A stretch of DNA of 31,225 nt, from NCBI GenBank assembly GCA_018260615.1, contig JAGWDQ010000068.1, positions 1 through 31,225 of the forward strand. Direction: 5' to 3'. The notes beneath the pieces were generated by a model. The model did not search any database and was not told the origin of the DNA. It saw only the letters and a list, made by a program, of their open reading frames with translations. Origin of the DNA: Candidatus Altarchaeum sp. (GTDB lineage: Archaea > Altiarchaeota > Altiarchaeia > Altiarchaeales > Altiarchaeaceae). The first letter of the stretch is position 1. Each line of letters opens with the position of its first letter. Positions 26,144 through 31,225 of this stretch are shown in pieces. The position numbers were made by a program, and so were the translations under genes.

Positions 26144-26163
26144 GAAGTTAAATTTAAAAAATA

Positions 26164-26264
26164 GTAACTACTCACCCCTCATAAAAAATTACGGGTAAAT
26201 TTTTGATTTTTTGTATTTTTTTTGAAATTTTCACAAGTAAATTTCCTACTCTGTGAGTAGTTAC
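26164..26264. mobile_element. 101-bp MITE-like element
   Basis: Perfect 12-bp TIR GTAACTACTCAC (26164-26175) / GTGAGTAGTTAC (26253-26264), flanked by the identical 8-mer AAAAAATA (26156-26163 and 26265-26272). Confidence 0.8.
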
Positions 26265-26380
26265 AAAAAATAATACTCTTATGTTTAATTTCGTGAGGTT
26301 GCTATTTTCAAATAAGCAAATTATCTGAAAATGAGGCAATCACAGATTTAGAAATAATATCCTCTGTTTTTATTAAAATT

Positions 26381-27541
26381 TTAATGTGTACTTTTATGCT
26401 CTTCCTTTTTCTTCCCTTTAATTGCATCTATTATCTTACTAATATATCCGATTCCAAAAAGCGTCAAAAATCCTCCTATTATCAATCCGATAATAAATGT
26501 TTCAACAAGAGGAAATGGAACTTCTTTTGCCTCGGGATATTCCTTAGGTGGTACGCTCATATCAGCACTATCTGCTAATCCTGAATAAACAACACCGTAA
26601 TATAATTTATCATTAAATTTATCATTAGGATTGAATGCTTCTATTTTGGGCAATCTGTAAATATATTGTCCTGCCGGTTTGTGATAAATTTTAAATTTGC
26701 CTTCTTCGTCTGTTATTGTCATAATATGTATAACATTTGGTTCAATTCCTACGATATAAACTCCTACTTCTGCGCCTTTTACCGGATTTGCATCTTTATC
26801 ATAAACAGTTCCTTCCACAACAACTGCACTGGTAAATTTCTTCGTTGTTTCTGTTGCATTTTCTATGACTTCTTTCGTATGTTCATCATTAAGTTTAAGT
26901 GCTGAACTATTTGAAAGTAAAAACAACTTCCAGTTATATTCTTCCGTAAAATTTCCTGTTGTTATTGGCTTTTCAAGATAAGAAATATTCTCATCTATAT
27001 TCTTTAATCCGGTAAATTTATAAATAATTCCGTAATCTTTGTCTTTAGAAATGACTTTGATGTGTTCTAATATCCTGTCACTCTTGCTGCAAGGATGTGG
27101 TAAGGCATTGCAAGGATACGGAGAAACACATAAATTTGATATATCTTCGCGATAATAGTGCGCATCTGTTGTGATTAGCAATGTGTGTATTCCGGGCCTG
27201 TTGAGATAAATTTCTGAAACGATTGTATCTCTTAAATTTAATTTCACATGGTCAAAGTATCTGCCATTATTGTCTTTTTGGGTAAGATTTATTACAAACA
27301 TTTGCTGAACAAACGGCTTATCAATATAAATATATATTGGAATTGACTGTTGACTTGCCGAAATGTCAAATTCTACAAAATTATTTTCCATCTCATCATG
27401 GATAAAGTAAGTGTGTCCAACATAATTTGATAATTCCGGACATTTTCCTTCATCTGCATAGACAAAATTTATGCTCAAAAGCAACACTAATGTTACTATT
27501 ATTCCTGAAAATATTAATGTATTTTTTCTCTTTTTTTCCAT
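26381..27541 (-). CDS. Secreted, C-terminally membrane-anchored protein with a CarboxypepD_reg-like domain
   Basis: Signal peptide, VEGTVYDKDANPVKGAEV...TDEEGKF, C-terminal TM helix and basic tail. Confidence 0.7.
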   Translation of the reverse strand: MEKKRKNTLIFSGIIVTLVLLLSINFVYADEGKCPELSNYVGHTYFIHDEMENNFVEFDISASQQSIPIYIYIDKPFVQQMFVINLTQKDNNGRYFDHVKLNLRDTIVSEIYLNRPGIHTLLITTDAHYYREDISNLCVSPYPCNALPHPCSKSDRILEHIKVISKDKDYGIIYKFTGLKNIDENISYLEKPITTGNFTEEYNWKLFLLSNSSALKLNDEHTKEVIENATETTKKFTSAVVVEGTVYDKDANPVKGAEVGVYIVGIEPNVIHIMTITDEEGKFKIYHKPAGQYIYRLPKIEAFNPNDKFNDKLYYGVVYSGLADSADMSVPPKEYPEAKEVPFPLVETFIIGLIIGGFLTLFGIGYISKIIDAIKGKKKEEHKSTH

Positions 27542-27590
27542 TTTAAATTTAATTTTATTGAATAAATTTATGACGAATTAAAATTTAAAT

Positions 27591-28979
27591 TTATCTTGAT
27601 TCCAACATCCACTTTTCTTTATACCACACTATCTCTTTATCATCTTTATGTTCTCTTAATACAATTACAAAGTTTCTGGCAAACGCATCTTTTGATGAGA
27701 TGGTTGGATCAGAACACTCCGTGCAACCTTCACCATTTCGTATGTAAATTATTCCATCGTCTTTACTTAATTCAATAGTGTCTTTGTTAATTTCTTTTCC
27801 AACTCCGACAATTCCAATAGTATTTTTTAATTCGGAAAACATTCCTTTTGGCCTGTACAGATCTTCAATATTTTCTCCGCTTTTAATCCAAAAGTTTGTA
27901 TTAGTGATGCACATTGCCTTTTCTATAACTTCATCACCTTCCATTAAATTTATACAGACCTTATTTATTGCCTTCCTCTCAATACGAATAGTATATTCTC
28001 CTAATCCGCTTAGATCCACTTCTACACACTCGGGAAGTCCTGGTCCTGTTGATGATGCCTCCCCTCCACCTTCTTCATCACCACTTGGTTTTGGTCGTGC
28101 ATCAGTAAATTTATATCCAAAACCATCAGCAAATTCAAAAAACGATTTACTCTTTCCCATTCTCTGATTAAATACATTTAAAGGAGAAATTATAACATCA
28201 CTGAATCTGTCCCCTGATTCCAGCCAGGTATATTTTGTCCATATCTTAATAACTCCATTTGTCTTATTTAATCTATTTGTTACATTATCCAGTCCGATAC
28301 TATTCCATAATTCTTCATGATATCCTTCCGGTCTTGTCCACCCCATAAATAAACTGCAATTTAAAATTATATCTCCTTCCTCTACGACTTCGCCACCATA
28401 CATTAAGTCAATGTGAACTATGTTCCCATTATCTTTATCCTTTTTTAACAGAATATAATAGTCGCCCAAATCCTTCAAATCAACTGTATCTTTTGCCGCC
28501 TCGCTTTTTGATTCGTATTTCATTTTTGCTGACTCCGGCTCGCTTGGAGAAGAAGTCGGACGCAAGTCACCAAATTTTCCCTTCATTATATCTAATATGT
28601 GCTGATGGGCACCAAGAGCATTCTTGTTTTTAAAAGATATATTAAATTTTGCATTTTTTTTCTCAACCTCATAATCACCTTCATATCCTACAAAGTCCGC
28701 TTTATTAATACTCTTTGTTGCTATAACATGATACTTTCCTTCTTCCATTGACTTAAGCATATTATTGGGAATAGCATAATGTCCCTGTTCATCTGTAATT
28801 AGTTTAAATGTCTCTTCATAATTCGTGAATGTTACGGTCGCATGTGGAATTGGCTCGCCATTATAATCAATAACATTGCCTTCTAAATTCCATGCTGTCA
28901 AAACAAATACGGCATATCCTAAAATAAATGAAAGTGCCAATATTACTATCAGCCCGTATAAAAGAGCTTTTGTATTCAT
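27591..28979 (-). CDS. N-terminally anchored protein with a CarboxypepD_reg-like domain and an internally duplicated unknown domain
   Basis: N-terminal TM, GNVIDYNGEPIPHATV...TDEQGHY; repeats VDLKDLGDYYI/VDLSGLGEYTI and DLMYGGEVVE/NLMEGDEVIE. Confidence 0.7.
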   Translation of the reverse strand: MNTKALLYGLIVILALSFILGYAVFVLTAWNLEGNVIDYNGEPIPHATVTFTNYEETFKLITDEQGHYAIPNNMLKSMEEGKYHVIATKSINKADFVGYEGDYEVEKKNAKFNISFKNKNALGAHQHILDIMKGKFGDLRPTSSPSEPESAKMKYESKSEAAKDTVDLKDLGDYYILLKKDKDNGNIVHIDLMYGGEVVEEGDIILNCSLFMGWTRPEGYHEELWNSIGLDNVTNRLNKTNGVIKIWTKYTWLESGDRFSDVIISPLNVFNQRMGKSKSFFEFADGFGYKFTDARPKPSGDEEGGGEASSTGPGLPECVEVDLSGLGEYTIRIERKAINKVCINLMEGDEVIEKAMCITNTNFWIKSGENIEDLYRPKGMFSELKNTIGIVGVGKEINKDTIELSKDDGIIYIRNGEGCTECSDPTISSKDAFARNFVIVLREHKDDKEIVWYKEKWMLESR

Positions 28980-29051
28980 CTTTTCGGATTTATTTTTTAT
29001 TTATCTTTGTTTTATTCTTTTTTAAATTTGTATTAAATAACTCTGTTATTA

Positions 29052-31064
29052 CTACTCCTTTACCTTTGGCCTTCTTATGAATAAAATGAGCAACACAATT
29101 ATTCCTACGACGATCGCAATAACGCAGACATCCTGCGCTTTTGAAATTACATCATAGTCCTTTGCCTGTTTTGTTGCCGCAGATAATGTTTTTATTGTCT
29201 TTTCATAGTCTTTCTCATCTTCTGCGGTATGAGCCGTCCGAATTTGGTCTTCTATATCTCTGACATCCGCCCCAAACATTATCCACGGAGTTTCTGCTTC
29301 TTTCTTTGCCTTTTCTGCGTTCTCAAATAATTCTATCGTTCTTTCTTTTGTCAAATGTTCAAGTTCTTTAACATCATCTAAAAGTGTAAATGCATCAACA
29401 TAGTCCTTTTCCGAATTTATTTTTTCATGAAGATCGGTAATTTCTTTTGTTGACTCTGCAAATTTTTCTATTGCTGACTTTCTCTGCTCAACATCAGCTA
29501 ATACAACTAATACTTTATCCCTGACAAATTGCTCAGTTTCTGTTCTAACACCTTTAAAGTCACTGATAGCACTTTTATAATTACCCGTAAACATTTCTTC
29601 CATTGCATTATCATATCTTAATTTTGTTCCGGATGTAAGTATCATGCCTTTTTCACTTGCCATTTCCAATAAATTATCCGTTTGGCTTTTCTCTTCCAAC
29701 ACATAAGAATTTCCCATCGCGATTTCTTTTGTTTTCAAAGCCCTTGCTATCTCCGATACCTTTTCATAATTTCCTTTAGTATATTCGTCTTTCATCAGGT
29801 TCAATGAATCATTTATTTCCTTCTTTTTTTCATCCGTTGCACCTATATTAGTAAGAGATGTTAATATATTTTCACCTTTTGCAATTGATGCGTTTGCTGA
29901 AATTCCGACAAAATTTTTAAACCCTATTGCATTATCAGGAAATAAAGAAACCCACATACCATCTTTGACATAAGACATTTTTACCTTACTTGCCACATCA
30001 TCGGCAGTTGTAGTAGATACATAAACGGTTTCTCCGCCGATTATTTCTACAATAATTGTATCAGGGCTCTTAACATCCTTTGTTAAGGCAACAGCGTAAT
30101 TTTTATTTCCGTTTATAGAAAGAAGGTTTTCGCCCGGTTTCATTACATGTTCAAAGATAATAGAGTCATTATATTTTATTGCTCTTAATGTTGAAGAAGT
30201 AACATAAACAATTGCTTTATCTAATCCTGCAATTCCGATAACTGCCGAATCGCTTCTTAAGAGATTTAAGCTATTTGAATTTTCATCATAGATATAAATT
30301 CCATCCGAACTCGCTATCGCAATTTTATCTGTCCCTGCCATGTCTTTAATAGTTATATTCTTTGAAAAAATACCTGTCCCTTCCATTGAAAATACAAAAA
30401 ATCCGTCTCCGGTTCCTGCAAATACTTTATTATTCAAAATTTTTACATTTTTGCATCCGTTCACTTCTTTGTTCCATTTGACATTTCCCTGTTCATCAAT
30501 TACATAAAGATTATTTCCTGCACACATGGCCAAATTTCCCTCGTTAATATCACAGGATGCTATCTTTCCACCTAAATTTTTTCCTTTTAGTTTAGTGCCC
30601 GTAGAACCGTCAAATAATGCAAAATCATAATTGCTCGTTCCGTAAGCAAATAAATTTCCGTCTGCACACAACGCTGTTGGATTTCCAGTAAGAGAAATAA
30701 CATTTTTATATTTGACTATTTGTGTGGGTGTTTTATCATAAATGAATTTATTATCTGTTAAATTTTTATCAGTTACATCAACAACATATAAACTAACACC
30801 TCCGAATTCTGATTCTTTTGTAACAACAAATACAAAATTTTTAGATGAATAAACCATAATAACATTACTTAATTTTACACAACCGGAATATTCCGGCGTT
30901 GTGTTACTTTTTGCATTATAACTACAGATTGTATCCGTTTTCCACTCATTTAAAGTATTTTCACTAAAAACATCTGTTGAAAATATCAAACCAATTACAA
31001 AACTTGACACTACAATTGCCGCTACAATGCCCAAAATACCGAATAAATTTTTACCTGAGGCCAT
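29052..31064 (-). CDS. Membrane-anchored protein with a PQQ/WD-like beta-propeller and a helical coiled-coil region
   Basis: N- and C-terminal hydrophobic segments, LYVIDEQGNVKWNK propeller-type repeats, charged heptad-rich C-terminal half. Confidence 0.7.
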   Translation of the reverse strand: MASGKNLFGILGIVAAIVVSSFVIGLIFSTDVFSENTLNEWKTDTICSYNAKSNTTPEYSGCVKLSNVIMVYSSKNFVFVVTKESEFGGVSLYVVDVTDKNLTDNKFIYDKTPTQIVKYKNVISLTGNPTALCADGNLFAYGTSNYDFALFDGSTGTKLKGKNLGGKIASCDINEGNLAMCAGNNLYVIDEQGNVKWNKEVNGCKNVKILNNKVFAGTGDGFFVFSMEGTGIFSKNITIKDMAGTDKIAIASSDGIYIYDENSNSLNLLRSDSAVIGIAGLDKAIVYVTSSTLRAIKYNDSIIFEHVMKPGENLLSINGNKNYAVALTKDVKSPDTIIVEIIGGETVYVSTTTADDVASKVKMSYVKDGMWVSLFPDNAIGFKNFVGISANASIAKGENILTSLTNIGATDEKKKEINDSLNLMKDEYTKGNYEKVSEIARALKTKEIAMGNSYVLEEKSQTDNLLEMASEKGMILTSGTKLRYDNAMEEMFTGNYKSAISDFKGVRTETEQFVRDKVLVVLADVEQRKSAIEKFAESTKEITDLHEKINSEKDYVDAFTLLDDVKELEHLTKERTIELFENAEKAKKEAETPWIMFGADVRDIEDQIRTAHTAEDEKDYEKTIKTLSAATKQAKDYDVISKAQDVCVIAIVVGIIVLLILFIRRPKVKE

Positions 31065-31168
31065 TTTAATTTTTTACTTTATTTTAAATTAAATTAATTG
31101 TTATAAATTAAATTATAAATTAATTATAAATTAATTAAAATAAATTAAATATTATAATTTTTGTAATT

Positions 31169-31225
31169 AAATAAATATTATAAATTTAAATAAATATTAT
31201 AAATTTAAATAAATATTATAAATTT
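31169..31225. repeat. Perfect 3x 19-bp tandem repeat in an almost pure A/T tract
   Basis: AAATAAATATTATAAATTT at 31169, 31188 and 31207; runs to the window edge. Confidence 0.9.

Noticed and set aside
1383-28167. Many plus- or minus-strand ORFs nested antisense to confident genes (e.g. 1383-1592, 1752-2081, 3067-3375, 3880-4344, 8501-8794, 13007-13393, 13538-13975, 15493-15882, 17565-17969, 21671-22069, 27778-28167)
   Set aside because: Shadow ORFs fully overlapping well-supported genes, with no motifs of their own
1-31225. CRISPR array, DGR or group II intron
   Set aside because: The repeats are dispersed or tandem without unique spacers of regular length; no reverse transcriptase, cas or TR/VR pair was seen

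Overview
Very AT-rich archaeal chromosomal window. The archaeal call rests on ribosomal protein L14e, archaeal-type RNase J, a DUF63 membrane protein and CCA-less tRNA-Asn/tRNA-Ile(CAU). A Ca. Altiarchaeum-like host is my guess from composition and gene content and is not verified. The housekeeping backbone is a TIGR01212 radical SAM gene, a hisB-like gene, argC, rpl14e, rnj, cutA, transaldolase, dapB, folD and lysA. It is interleaved with several toxin-antitoxin-like modules, dense families of intergenic hairpin repeats and two MITE-like elements. The right third is a block of large secreted or membrane-anchored proteins (beta-helix, dockerin-like, beta-propeller). The strongest hidden signal is a ~4.4 kb island (11003-15369) bracketed by a duplicated 3' end of the DUF63 gene. 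It holds an integrase-less, integron-like cassette array on the minus strand with three attC-like sites. One perfectly bounded cassette encodes an ABC-type ATPase with a C-terminal RxxxxH (HEPN-like) domain, a candidate single-gene defence system, and another carries an HTH-MNT/HEPN pair. Also absent from the ORF track are a second argC copy split by a 17-bp-TIR element (the frame is restored on excision) and a decayed duplicate of the lysA 5' end that brackets a Bro-N gene.
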